A DNA stretch of 63,158 nucleotides, the filler included, from Blastocystis sp. subtype 4 (Eukaryota): assembly GCF_000743755.1 (NCBI RefSeq). It is 37 parts of 37 records of this genome, joined end to end, with 100 filler letters (N's around TTAATTAATTAA, not from the genome) between each part and the next. Parts side by side here need not be neighbours in the genome. Positions count along the whole stretch, not along the records: positions 50,337 to 51,861 come from NW_014568743.1; positions 51,962 to 53,480 come from NW_014568742.1; positions 53,581 to 55,092 come from NW_014568741.1; positions 55,193 to 56,703 come from NW_014568740.1; positions 56,804 to 58,314 come from NW_014568739.1; positions 58,415 to 59,918 come from NW_014568738.1; positions 60,019 to 61,561 come from NW_014568737.1; positions 61,662 to 63,158 come from NW_014568736.1; 29 more parts are not named here. One strand, given 5' to 3'. The position numbers and the translations under genes are program-made. Within the stretch, counting starts at the first letter, position 1. Every line of letters starts with the position of its first letter. Positions 50,237-63,158 of the stretch are shown here, in pieces. Under the pieces are notes generated by a model. That model made no database searches. It was not told where the DNA came from and saw only the letters and a program-made list of their open reading frames with translations.

Positions 50237-50689
50237 NNNNNNNNNNNNNNNNNNNNNNNNNNNNNNNNNNNNNNNNNNNNTTAATTAATTAANNNNNNNN
50301 NNNNNNNNNNNNNNNNNNNNNNNNNNNNNNNNNNNNTCAACAGTCTCTATCTCACAATCACCAAAGGACTTCAAGATGGGATCTACAATTCGTTACATCG
50401 ATGTTATTCATATCAGTTAATCTAGATGAACACCATTGATTAAAGAATCCTTAACTACTTACCCTATTCGTCTCTATTCAACAATCTTATATCATATTCA
50501 CTGCTGAACTCTTATGATGAAAGCCAGTTTCTATTCATCAATTCTTCTTTCTATTCATTTCATTCTAAGTAGTAGACTATTAATCTATCTCATATACAAA
50601 TTCAATCCAGACAATCCGTCAAAACATGAAACTTCAACCCTGAGTAGTTATACAGGCTAATTATCGATAAGAGTTGTCAAAGCGAGTCT

Positions 50690-51676
50690 ATGTTATCACC
50701 ATTTCGAGACAAACTGCAAGATGATTTAGAACAAAGTGGATGTGTTGATTCTTCCATTCAGTAAGACGCATTAATCAATATTCATTCAAGACATACCATC
50801 ACATGGATCATTCACTTGGGATAGTCCATTCATTACAATGGTGAAAGTACTATTCACATCTCTTCAGATGCTCTATTCTCAAACATCAATCAATCCAATA
50901 CTCTCCCAATACCAAATGTGAATCTGTTATGTTTGATAAACGATACTATCTCTATCTCACATCATTGCTATGCTCAATCAAATTCAATTACATTCTCAAT
51001 ATCCAATGCTGTTTCTAGTTATGGTTGTATTCACATTGATTCCAATTGTTCACTTCATTTCTCTCACCAACTGATATTACCGATAGGGCCTGATGTCAAC
51101 TAGTGTAAGACATCATTACTATATATCATGGAATGTAGATTATCTTGGAATAACCATTTGTTCATAAGGAATCATTCTCTTCACACAATCTGGATAGTAA
51201 GCTGCCATGATGGCAATACAAGAATTGAGAAGTGGAATAGAAATGACTTTTGGATTCAACTGTTCATATGAAAGGATGACTAGATGGCACCATCAATGAG
51301 TTTCGATGAGATGATTGGTTTCTTCAATTCTTGATGGTTATCGATGATAATCAACCATGATATGGAGTGAGAGAAGTGATAATAGAGTTGATGGTTATCA
51401 TTGGTGAATGATGTGATTTGTAACAGAGTTATGAATGATTAGAAGATGCCTTGTCTAGTTTCCTTGATTTGAGTCTTGAATGAGGAAGCAAAGACAATAT
51501 GAGTGTGTTGGTTATACTGTTGAATCAACCTCCTTTGTAGAAATCGAATTCAAGATGAGAAATAGGATTGATTCTGTGAAAATGGAAGTCCAAAAGGAAA
51601 GAGATCGATTGGAGAGGAGGAGGAACAAGTGAAGAGAATTGAAGAAGAACAGAGAATGGATAATAATAAGGAGATT
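50690..51676 (+). pseudogene. PP2C-like pseudogene (repeat copy)
   Basis: Homologous to 33200-34191 with independent stops. Confidence 0.55.
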
Positions 51677-51758
51677 TCTCTTGTTTGTTGATAGATCATT
51701 TCAATCTGAGAATCAGGTTACAACTAATGACTTGGAACAAACAGACTATCTCAATCAA

Positions 51759-51861
51759 CTAAACATAAGAACTTCGGCTTCGAATAAACGATTCAAGAGC
51801 AACAGCATCTACATCTTATCTTCAACTCTTAATCAGACTCGTTGCATTCAATTCATAAACA
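51759..51861 (-). CDS. LRR protein extreme 3' end
   Basis: Last exon NAVALESFIRSRSSYV TAG. Confidence 0.7.
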
Positions 51862-52182
51862 NNNNNNNNNNNNNNNNNNNNNNNNNNNNNNNNNNNNNNN
51901 NNNNNTTAATTAATTAANNNNNNNNNNNNNNNNNNNNNNNNNNNNNNNNNNNNNNNNNNNNGAATGAATGAAATAGAATAGAATAGATGAATAAAAAGAG
52001 AACAAAATGAGCAATTCCAGAACAAGATGGAATGGATTCGTTGTAATTGGAGTCGGTCTGTGATTTCTCCTCCAATCCTTCATATCTTTATATTGGATTC
52101 TTCTATTCAATTTTAGATTGATTTGTTTTAGTCATTCGTATTTAATTTGATTAGTTATCATAAGTGTTTATAGAACAAGAGA

Positions 52183-53423
52183 ATGGATACATTATCGAGT
52201 TTTCTATTATTACTATTAATTGCAGTGATTGTTCTTCTACTTGTATTTGATTGATGATTTGTGTTAAGAGTGTAGTTGATTGCTTTTGTATTCAATTTAT
52301 GTGGATATATTGTACATCAAACAGAAGGTATAATAGTGTTATTGATAGTGAATAATGTATTAGGAATTGTGATTGAGCGTTTTGGAAGTTGTCGAAAGAT
52401 TTTGACATCTGGAATTCACTTTGTTGTATGATTTTGATAGAATGTATGATGATAAGATTCCTTTCATTGACAATCCTCGTCGTTTCACTTGGACAAAGAC
52501 TTATATTGATGTTGATGGTTCAATTCGTGATGAGAACACTACAGAATATCGTGTTGATCTTCGTGAGAGTGTGTTTAACTTTCTTCCTCAAGAAGTCTAT
52601 ACAAAAGATACAATTTTGTTATCTGTGAATTCGATAATGTACTATCGAATTGTTGATATTCATCGAGCTGTGTATGAAGTAGATGATCTTCCAAGTGCAA
52701 TAATGAATGTTGCTCAAACACAATTGAAAGAAGTGTTTGGTCGAATGACATTCCAAGAATGTATGACAAGTCAAGATCAGATCAATGAGTTTGTATTTGT
52801 ATTGATCTTTGATATGTAGACATATGAAACAAGCTTTCCTTCCTCGATTCTTGGCTTGGGGAATCAAAGTGGAGCGTATGGAATTGTTGGACATTCTTCC
52901 TCGTTCAAGTGAGAATGAATGAATATTGTGATGATTAGCAATTGCTAAATCTATGAAGAAGCAAATGATTGCTGAACGAGATCGTCGAAGTCAATTCATT
53001 ATTGCAGAGGGTCAAAAGACGGCTCTTCGAATTCGTGCAGAAGGAACAAAAGTAATGAAACAGAACAGTGGATTAGCAGAACAAGAATCAACTCGAAAGA
53101 TTTCTGAAGGAAATGCTCAAGGTCGTATTGAGTTAGCTCGTGCTGAAAGTCAAAGTCTTGAATTGGTGAAATCAGCTCTTCAGACTCATAGTGGAAGTCA
53201 AGCTCAATATATGTTAGCAATGCGTTACTTGGAGTTGTTGAATGGAATTGGTTATTCGAGTTCTCCTAAGGTATTGTATCTTCCTTATGAAGCAGATGCT
53301 CTTCGAGGTAGTATCAGTTCATTGAATCGTGTATATGGTAAGAAACATATTCCTGAGTCTGTTCCAGTTCCTTTATCAAATCCTTCTGATAAGAAGAATG
53401 ATGATTTTGATGAATTGAATTAG
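52183..53423 (+). CDS. Stomatin-like SPFH/Band 7 protein, multi-intron
   Basis: TM, IVHQTEGIVIERFG..LTSGIHF, VDLRE..PQEVYTKD, YRIVD..AVYEVDD, WGIKVERMELLDI, MKKQMIAERDRR. Confidence 0.9.
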
Positions 53424-53580
53424 TGTATATTGTTGTTTGATGTTTCTTTTGATCACTTGAATGACATCATGTAACTCTTCNNNNNNNNNNNNNNNNNNNN
53501 NNNNNNNNNNNNNNNNNNNNNNNNTTAATTAATTAANNNNNNNNNNNNNNNNNNNNNNNNNNNNNNNNNNNNNNNNNNNN

Positions 53581-55092
53581 TATCATCATCAATTCTCACA
53601 TTCTGTAACATTCCTAATCGATTTGCTGTCACATTCACTACTTGATTCATTGATTCATGTCCAATCTCAATCACTTTCAGATTTGACATTGAAGAGAAAT
53701 CGAATGATGTTACTGCATTGAGAGAATTGGATCCAATATCCACTCTTTCTACTCCAATCAATCCACCATTTCCAATCTCAAGTGATTTCAATTCATTCAA
53801 TCTATTGATAGTGAGATTCTTGATATTCTTCAAAGCATTTGAACCAATTTCAACATTCTTCACATTCTCAAATCGACTCAAATCCAATTCAATCAAATCA
53901 TTACAACATTCACAATCAATCCAATCACATTCGAAGGAAGAGAAAGAAGGACTTCAGAAGAATCAACAACAGCAGTCCAAGTCAAAACAATCGAATTACT
54001 CACAGCCATTCTATTCATTCATCCACCCAATCACATCTACTCTCTCACATTCCTAAGACTCTCCTCACCAATCACAATACTTTCTAAATCATTCAATCCA
54101 TCCAATATCACAGTAGTAGCATTATTTTCATTGATCTTGATCCAATCTCAATCACCTTCACATTTGAAAACAAACTAAAATCAAATGAAGAGATTGAATT
54201 GAGAGTATTGGATCCAATATCCACTCTTTCTACTCCATTCAGACTTCCACTTCCCACTCCAAATCGAATCAGTTCATTCAATCCATTCATACTCACATTC
54301 TTCACATTCTTCAAAGCATTTGAACCAATCTCAATACTCTCTAACATCTCAAATCGACTCAAATCCAATTCAATCAAATCATTACAACTGTTATCACTCA
54401 CAATCAATCCAATCACATTCGAAGGAAGAGAAAGAAGGGCTTCAGAAGAATCAACAACAGCAGTCCAGTTAAAAACAATCGAATTACTTACAGCCATTCT
54501 ATTCATTCATCCATTCAATCACATCTACTCTCTCACGTTTCGAAGACTCTCCTCACCAATCACAATACTCTCCAAGCTGTTCAATTTAACCAAATTCACA
54601 GTAGTAGCATTATTCATTGATCTTGATCCAATTCTTCGCAAGCTCGATAGTGATGAGAAATCAACAGAACTCAGTGAATTGAGAGAATTCGATCCAATAT
54701 CAACTCTTTCAACTTTGTTTAGACTCTCCATTCCCACAGAAAACTCATTTAATCCGTTCAATCCATTCATTGCCAGATTTGGTACATTTCTCATTGAGCT
54801 TAATCCTACATCAAATTGTCTTAGATTCTCAAATAGACTCAGATCCAATCCCTTCTGACCGTTCATCCTATACTTCAGTTCATTCTCATTCACTCACTCA
54901 TTCAGTTTTACCAAACTGTTGAATCTCACTCTAATTATCTGAAGAGAAGGAAGAGAGTTAGTCAATAATGAATTCACATTGTTTAGAGAGTTTCTTCCAA
55001 TCTCAATTCTCTCCACACTCTCAAATGTTCTCAGATCTAGACTCTTAAACTCTCTATCATTCAACGAATTATCACCAATCTCCAACACCTTC
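53581..55092 (-). CDS. LRR protein, internal fragment
   Basis: ELDLSRFE..IEIGSNAL and VERVDIGSNSLN repeats. Confidence 0.8.
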
Positions 55093-55567
55093 NNNNNNNN
55101 NNNNNNNNNNNNNNNNNNNNNNNNNNNNNNNNNNNNTTAATTAATTAANNNNNNNNNNNNNNNNNNNNNNNNNNNNNNNNNNNNNNNNNNNNATGGAGAG
55201 ATGTGACTGAAGACCTGAGTCCAATCTACGAATAAGAGATGAAATACCGATCGAAACCTTCATTGTAAAGTACAGCAGTATTATTCATTGCCAGTAAAAT
55301 TCAACTTGCTAGACTCACACTAGTTACTGAGATAATCGATCCTCCAAAAAGAGGGAAACGGGGAAACAGATAATCAAGAAAAGAAAGCAGAAGTAATCTG
55401 AGTAGCAAGAGTTTATTGGATCATCAATCGCATTCCAATGTACAGATGAGATAATAAAGAATGATGAATCTGTTGTCACTTACTGCTTAATATGAATTGT
55501 AAATCACTAATTGTGTTTATTTCATCATCATTTCAGTCGATCTAATGTCTCTTTCCACAAATACATT

Positions 55568-56703
55568 ATGTCGGATAGTGAAATCCTTCGTAATGAGTGT
55601 ATCCAACTTGCTCAGTCCATTGAAGAATCCTTTTCTTCCATATGTGCTATCTGGGATGAAGTAGGCATCCATAACCAAAATACACGTGAAACGATCAAAA
55701 TGGAGTATTACAAGAGCTGCAAAGACGTAGTTCTTGCTCATATGAAAAGAATGTATGATGAAGAGGATGAAGTAATACATGAATAAGTTGTTGATTCTGT
55801 AGATACGAAAAGCAATAGGACGATCGATTGATGAAAAGGAAGAACAGATTTACATGATCTGTGATAAACTCGGTTACAAGAAGAATAATGTAAATGGTTG
55901 TTCGATTTTTGGTTATGTAATAGTTGTGGATTCAAAATGGAAATGTTGATATTCGTCAGAACAAGACGTTGAAGCAACAAGAAGCAATTGTGAATGATAT
56001 CCTTGAGAAAATGAACGAAGTATGCTCATATTTAAATTTTGATACACAGAAATTCGCATCTCAACTAACGGCTGCATCACAATTGGTTGATGCGTTACGA
56101 GCCGATTATGAGACCCTTGGTGTTCCCATGGAAGATGCTCTTAAAGATCCAGAAAGTAATCTTGTTGAAGAACGTTTCCAAGTGATGAAGAATCGGTTGA
56201 TCCAGACACAGGCTTGCATCGTTAGAGAAATTTGTTGGATTCATCATAGGAAAAACGGAGGATCAAAGTAGCTGAGTATGCGACAACACTACGGAATCTG
56301 TATTCGGTCCTTGGTATTACTGCTGAAAATGCCTCAGATGAACTGGATCATATGGTGTTGACTTCCGATGTCAGTTTTAGCTGATGGAATTAGAAGTAGG
56401 ATTTACCTGTTTCCAAAGAATATTTGGAGCGATACACAGATCGAATAAACATACTCAAGAATTTGCAGGTATTTCCGTGAGAATACGATTAAGGATAGGA
56501 AGAACGCAAATTGATGATTCAAGGTTTCTTAGTGGAAATTGAAGGATTATGGAAACTGTTGCAGACACCTCAAGAAGACATTGATGCATTCCTTGCAAAC
56601 TACCCTGCTTCAGTCTCGAATGATGCAATAGCATATGTAGGAATCGAGAAGAGGTTATGATTCTAGTATCAACAGTACATCTTATCCTTGCATGAAGAAG
56701 TGA
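55568..56703 (+). CDS. MAP65/Ase1/PRC1 microtubule crosslinker, 3'-partial
   Basis: ICAIWDEVGI, LRNLYSVLGI, IEGLWKLLQTPQEDIDAF helical repeats after removing ~30-nt introns. Confidence 0.75.
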
Positions 56704-56803
56704 NNNNNNNNNNNNNNNNNNNNNNNNNNNNNNNNNNNNNNNNNNNNTTAATTAATTAANNNNNNNNNNNNNNNNNNNNNNNNNNNNNNNNNNNNNNNNN
56801 NNN

Positions 56804-58314
56804 TGTTCAACTCAAGATCTATTGGGGAACAAGTCCTACTGGTCGTCCTCATATCGGTTACTTCGTGCCTATGAGCAAGATTGGCGACTTCTTGATTGCT
56901 GGATGTGAGGTAGGGACTGTTCATCTTATTTTCCAATAGGTGACCATTCTATTTGCCAACCTTCATGCCTATTTGGATAACATGAAGTCAACTTGGGAAT
57001 TGCTTTCATCTCGAACAGAGTACTATATCCGTGTGATCAAGGGAATGCTCCGATCTCTTGGAACTGAAATTCGTAACGGGAACGGACTATCAATTGGGAG
57101 CTGACTACACATTGGATATGTACCGGTTATCTTCTCTAGTGACTGAACACGATGCTATCAAGGCCGGAGCAGAAGTTGTGAAGCAAGTTGCCAATCCCAA
57201 GATTAGTGGTATTCTGTATCCTGAATTGCAGGCTCTGGATGAGGAGTATCTTCATGTGGATGCCCAGTTCGGAGGAACCGATCAACGAAAGATCTTCATG
57301 TTTGCAAAGAAGTATTTGCCAAAGATTGGTTATGCTTCTCGTATTCATTTGATGAATGTGATGGTTCCGGGTCTTGTAGGAGAGAAGATGAGTTCTTCGG
57401 ATGAGAACAGCAAGATTGATCTTATTGACGGTCCCAAGGTTGTTCAACGAAAGATCCGTACAGCCTTCTGTGAACCTGGAAATGTCGAGAAGAATGGAGT
57501 GTTGTCGTTTGCCAAGATGGTTTTGTTCAACATTGTGGAGTTGCCTTATGTGGTGGATCGTCCTGAGAAGTACGGAGGAAAACAGATGTTCAACACACCT
57601 GAAGAGCTGGAGGAGGCCTTCTTGAAGCAAGAGCTGAGTCCTCAGGATCTGAAAGAGTCGGTTGCATTCTATTTGAATCAGTTGCTGGATCCCATTCGCG
57701 AGGACTTCAAGGACCAGGCTTCAATGGATCTGGTGTTCAAGGCATATGGAACCAAACTGACAAATCCTAATGCTGAGAAGACAAGTAAGTGTGAAGATGG
57801 AAGTATGAGACATAGCTGGAACTGTTCCTACTGTGTGTCGACTGTGTTTCAAGGTAGGAAAGATTACCAAGATCTGGCCAATGGAAGGGAAGGACGATAT
57901 CTTCTGTGAGGAGATTGATGTAGGCGAGGAGAAACCTCGTTCAGTGATGTCAGGGTTGCGAAAGTTCTTCACAGAGGACCAATTACTCCATCGCAAGGTG
58001 GTCATGATCACCAATCTCAAACCTCGACGTGTAGGTTCTTTCGTGTCTGAGGGAATGGTGATCTGTGCTGAGAACGAGGATCATTCGGTTGTTGAGTTGG
58101 TGGAGCCTCCTGAAGGAGCACTTGTGGGAGAGGTCATTCAGTTTGATGGATTGCCTGCTGTGGTGCCAGACGAGGAAGTGAATCCAAATAGAAAGACATC
58201 TCCTTGGGGTAAATGTGCTGATTCACTAAGAGTCACTGGAGAGGGAGTAGCTGCTTTCCAGGACAATGCGTTTATCACATCGGCTGGAAAGTGTACAGTG
58301 AAATCATTGAAGGA
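56804..58314 (+). CDS. YARS: Cytosolic tyrosyl-tRNA synthetase with C-terminal tRNA-binding OB (EMAP II-like) domain
   Basis: [54 protein letters not shown]; frame break near 57063. Confidence 0.95.
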
Positions 58315-59105
58315 NNNNNNNNNNNNNNNNNNNNNNNNNNNNNNNNNNNNNNNNNNNNTTAATTAATTAANNNNNNNNNNNNNNNNNNNNNNNNNNNNNN
58401 NNNNNNNNNNNNNNCCTCAAGTAGTTGAAATCCCTAATCCTACTAGTGAGAATAAGGAATAGTCCTGTTTGTTGATACAACCACAAAGAGAAGTTCAAAC
58501 TAACTGATACAGTTCCTGGGATGGAGAAGAGTGGATAGAACAGATCAACTGACACTATTCCATGATTTGGAATCGTTTACAGAGATGAGATCTTTGATCA
58601 CACAGTTCTTTCTTGTTGTTCATTATGATTGGTTTCACAAACACAGAATGATACAATCATTCATAAGGTTCAGTTTTCTCATTACGACAAGAGAAGCATA
58701 AGTGTTCAATCTATCACCCATCTCCCAGTTCCAAGTGAAACGACATTGATTCACTTCCTTCTGATTACTCATATCATAGTATCTCAGATTATCAGAATTC
58801 GTAGTAGAAAACATTGTATCATATGATACTGATACTGCATAGCACGAATACTCACTCCAGTCTCATTCTCAATGCACTATCGAATCCATTATTGAACTCA
58901 TTGTAAGCATTACTGTTGAGTTCATTTCAGCCAGTTTAGGGAAATTCATCTTACCAGTACACATCGTATCAAGATTTGAAACATGATAGATATCATAGAC
59001 TCAATATTTGTTGAAACCTCTTGAGAAGCGGCTTTGTGACCAGTTACTTGGAAGAGTTCAAGACTCTTGAAGTATCTCTTATCACGATTTTCAATCATCA
59101 TTGAA

Positions 59106-59400
59106 TCAATGTGTTGAATCCTTCCATTTTGAAAGAATCATCTCCAAATACAATTGAGAAGGACGAATGAATTCAGAAAGAGAGATGAGAGGAATAGCAA
59201 GAGTAGCATCAACATATCTCACAATCTTGTAATCAGAATAGAAGTACATATCAATAGGAGCTGGATTTCTTTCAATCTGAGCAGCAAGAGAATCATGGAA
59301 TAACTGAACAGTAGGCTGAGTCATTCCAGAAAGAGCAAGAATTCGAGTGTGTTTGAGATTCTTAGTAGGATAAGCATCTCTCCCAACATGATAGCCTTAG
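59106..59400 (-). CDS. 3' end of a hypothetical protein
   Basis: About 95 open codons to TGA; family not recognised. Confidence 0.35.
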
Positions 59401-59699
59401 GCTTCTTAGTAAGTGAATATGAAGTACTACCAAAATCAGGATCATATGAATAGATAAGCAATAGAAAGAGGTGTTTGTGTGACTTACATTATTGATTTGA
59501 TCAATATTCATTTTTGAAGTATGTCAGATAGTTAATCTGGAATTGTGAGATACACTCTGTTATTCTAGATTTGTATCATCAACACCAGTTATTCAGTACT
59601 TGCCATAACTGATTAGAAACAAAGAGTTGAAATGACAGATTCCAGATAGAATACAATAATCATACTGATACAGAAGAGAGTTTGGAAGATTGACCTGAA

Positions 59700-59918
59700 T
59701 CAACAGAGACCATCGTTGATAGTGTTGATACTAATATGAGATTAGACATTTTGACCTCAGATAGGTCTGGAGATGGAATCCGTATAGAATTCCTTATAAC
59801 CGTTACTTCATCCTTTGATTTCTTTGGTAGAGTATGTTTCTTCTTCTTTGATAGAATGATGAGAATGATGATGATTAGAATAATGAGAATGATAAGAATA
59901 GAAAGAGAGATGAGAATG
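59700..59918 (-). CDS. TM + KKKHTLP tail of an Ig-like surface protein
   Basis: Same TM and tail as 16260-16400. Confidence 0.5.
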
Positions 59919-60018
59919 NNNNNNNNNNNNNNNNNNNNNNNNNNNNNNNNNNNNNNNNNNNNTTAATTAATTAANNNNNNNNNNNNNNNNNNNNNNNNNN
60001 NNNNNNNNNNNNNNNNNN

Positions 60019-61561
60019 TCCAAAGATGATCCATTCTCTATTTCTCCTACTGTCATTGGAGATGATTTATCATTCTCTATCTCATCAGGATCTCTTCCTA
60101 CTGGTTTGTCTCTCAATCCTTCAACTGGAGTCATCTCTGGGATTCCTTCTCAATCAGTATCATCTCAATCAGTTACAATCATAGCATTCAATGAAGTAAG
60201 TAATCAGACCTTCCCTCTTTCATTCACTGTTCTTCAATCCATCACTTCATTCTCTTATCCTAAATCTTCATTATTTCTATCTATTGGCGAATCATTCTCT
60301 ATCTCTCCTACTGTTGATGGAGATCAACTCTCATTCTCAATCATATCAGGATCTCTTCCTACTGGTTTGTCTCTCAATTCAACAACTGGAATGATATCAG
60401 GAATTCCTTCTCAATTCATCATATCTCAATCAGTTACTATCAAAGCATTCAATGATGTGAGTAATGATAAATCATTCTCTCTTTCATTCACTGTTATCAC
60501 ATCTCTCACTTCATTCTCTTATCCTAAGGATTCATACACCATTGCCCTTGGAGAATCCTATTCTGTTTCACCGAGCATTCAGGGAACCAGTCCTTCATTC
60601 TCTATCATATCAGGATCTCTTCCTACTGGTCTATCCCTCAATCCTTCAACTGGAATCATCTCTGGAATTCCTTCTCAATTTGTCCTATCTCAATCAGTCA
60701 CTATCGAAGCATTGAATGCAGTGAGTAATCAGACCTTCCCTCTTTCATTCACTGTTCTTCAATCTATCTCTCTATTTGCATATCCTGAGTCTACGTATGT
60801 TCTATCTACTGGTGAATCATTCTCTACTATTCCTTCTGTGAATGGATATGAGCCTTCATTCTCTATCATATCAGGATCTCTTCCTACTGGTTTGTCTCTC
60901 AATTCGACAACTGGAGTGATAGATGGAATTCCTTCTGAGTTTGTCTTATCTCAATCAGTCACAATCAAAGCCTCAAATGATGTGAATGATAAACCTGTCA
61001 CACTCATATTCAAGGTGCTCACTCCTATCACTTCATTCTCTTATCCTACGTATGTTCTATCAAGGAATGATCCATTCTCTATTTCTCCTACTGTTGATGG
61101 ATATGAACCTTCTTTTTCCATTATCTCTGGATCTCTTCCTACTGGTCTCTTCATGGATTCTTCAACTGGAATGATATCAGGAATTCCTTCTCGATTTGTC
61201 TTATCTCGATCAGTTACAATCAAAGCATTCAATGAAGTAAGTAATCAGACCTTCCCTCTTTCATTCAAGGTGCTCACTCGCATCACTTCATTCTCTTATC
61301 CTGATTCTACGTATGTTCTATCAAGGAATGATCCATTCTCTATCTCTCCTTCAATCAATGGAGATGATTTATCATTCTCTACCTCATCAGGATCTCTTCC
61401 TACTGGTTTGTCTCTCAATTCAACAACTGGAATGATATCAGGAATTCCTTCTCAATTCATCATATCTCAATCAGTCACAATCAAAGCCTCAAATGATGTG
61501 AATGATAAACCTGTCACACTCATATTCAAGGTGCTCACTCCTATCACTTCATTCTCTTATC
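60019..61561 (+). CDS. Tandem He_PIG repeat protein, internal fragment
   Basis: Six ~87-aa repeats in one open frame. Confidence 0.9.
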
Positions 61562-61661
61562 NNNNNNNNNNNNNNNNNNNNNNNNNNNNNNNNNNNNNNN
61601 NNNNNTTAATTAATTAANNNNNNNNNNNNNNNNNNNNNNNNNNNNNNNNNNNNNNNNNNNN

Positions 61662-63158
61662 GATACATGAAGTGTAGTAGAAGGGATAATGATTTCTATT
61701 GTGATTATCATACAATCAACATTACTCCATATATTGATCACAATCAGAAGAACACTTGAGGGAATAATGAGACAGATAGAGAGAATAACCCTGATGTGTA
61801 CATTCATAACTCACTGGAGGAGATGGTGTAGCAGGAATTGATGTTGTAGGAGCAACTATTGTAGGAACAGGTGTTGTAGGCAACATTGTTGTAGGAACAG
61901 ATGTTGTAGGCAATACAGTAGTAGGAACAGTTGTTGTAGGAGCAACTGTAGTAGGAACAGATGTTGAAGGCAATACTGTAGTAGGAGTAACTGTTGTAGG
62001 AGCAGTTGTTGTAGGAACAACTGTAGTAGGAGCAACTGTAGTAGGAACAGATGTTGTAGGAACAGATGTTGTAGGAACAACTGTAGTAGGAGCAACTGTA
62101 GTAGGAACAGATGTTGTAGGAACAACTGTAGTAGGAGCAGTTGTAGTAGGAACAGTTGTTGTAGGAACAGATGCTGAAGGCAATACTGTAGTAGGAGTAA
62201 CTGTTGTAGGAGCAACTGTAGTAGGGGCAACAGTTGTAGGAGTAACTGTTGTAGGCAACACAGTAGTAGGAGCAGTTGTTGTAGGAGCAACTGTAGTAGG
62301 AACAGTTGTTGTAGGCAACATTGTAGTAGGGGCAACAGTTGTAGGAGTAACTGTTGTAGGCAATACTGTAGTAGGAGCAGTTGTGGTAGGAACAATTGTT
62401 GTAGGCACAGTTGTGGTTGGCAATTCAGTTGTAGGCACAGTCGTTGTAGGTAATTCAGTTGTAGGAGGAACTGTGGTTGGAAGATCATTGTATCTGGGAT
62501 CCTTGCAATAGGCCATATGAACAGAATTCAATGGGGTTATAGTTGAACCAATGATTTGCCATTGATATCTGCGGAATCCAGTCAGAGCCATAGGAACAGG
62601 AATTTGAGGCTTTGTTCGAGAAGTCACAGTAAGGTTGGTGTTATTATAGATTGTCACTGGCTCTTCATTACTATAGTATCCATTAATCTCTAAACCCCAT
62701 GAATCGATTGTCCTTGTTCTAATAATGTTGAATGAGTTCCATTTGCTTCCTTCCAGATTCTCAACAGTCCATTCGATATAGGTTCCAATCGTATTGGGCA
62801 GTACACCATAAGTATAAGGATCCAAATCCATGATATCAGAAAGAGTACCTGAAGTGGGATTCGTAGAAGTGAGAGAAGAATAAGAATCAACAACAGTAGA
62901 ACAGTCTTCAACTCCAAATACTCCAGTAGCATCAAACACAACAGGATCAGAAGAAGAACCAAACTGAATACATTACTACCTTCCTGAATTCCAGCTGTTG
63001 CCAGAATCACATGGAACTTTGAGAACACACTAGCATCATGAACAGCAAGAGATTCTGTTTTGGAATCGAAATCATCTTCAAGATTGAATCGAGCAACCAG
63101 ATTTCCATTCAGATAGGCAGCCACTCCTCCAGAATACTTCACTCGAACATTCAACACT
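61662..63158 (-). CDS. Surface-family protein with mucin-like Thr/Pro/Val repeat stalk, internal fragment
   Basis: Same N-region as 19302-19800 up to HMAYCK, then ~40 PTT-type pentapeptides (15-nt unit, ~61830-62480); frame break at 62960. Confidence 0.85.

Noticed and set aside
56211..56250. Possible GC-AG intron in the MAP65-like gene
   Set aside because: A canonical 29-nt GT-AG intron starting at 56221 keeps the frame
61856..62488. Leu/Gln-rich 210-aa ORF and similar shadow ORFs (3523, 19327, 22787, 54199, 57136)
   Set aside because: Alternate-frame or antisense shadows of real genes or repeats

Overview
This window is not one locus. It is 37 short contigs (mostly 1.5-1.7 kb, roughly length-sorted) joined by an artificial 100-nt spacer (44 N + TTAATTAATTAA + 44 N), so adjacency across a spacer has no biological meaning. 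The DNA is AT-rich and eukaryotic, with ~29-31 nt GT-AG introns, the 3' motif TGTTTGTT and at least one stop codon apparently completed by polyadenylation; together these point to Blastocystis (inference). Housekeeping fragments: WNK kinase, UBA1, TMEM43-like, CCT6, eIF4A-III, legumain, PAN3, RPS8, stomatin-like, MAP65/PRC1, TyrRS, glycosyltransferases, partial 5S rRNA. Expanded families: exon-modular LRR proteins, He_PIG/Ig-like surface proteins, and a co-amplified PP2C-like pseudogene. Most interesting: (1) scattered pieces of a probable endogenous Polinton-like DNA virus or large mobile element, namely a penton-like ORF, tightly packed intronless orphan ORFs, and a double palindromic iteron array in two copies, one ending at a GC hairpin next to a host repeat; (2) LRR paralogues with identical introns but variable exons and exon+intron copy-number change; (3) an exact 99-nt overlap pattern implying inverted WNK copies around a stand-alone ADD-domain gene. 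All protein calls come from motif recognition, not database searches.
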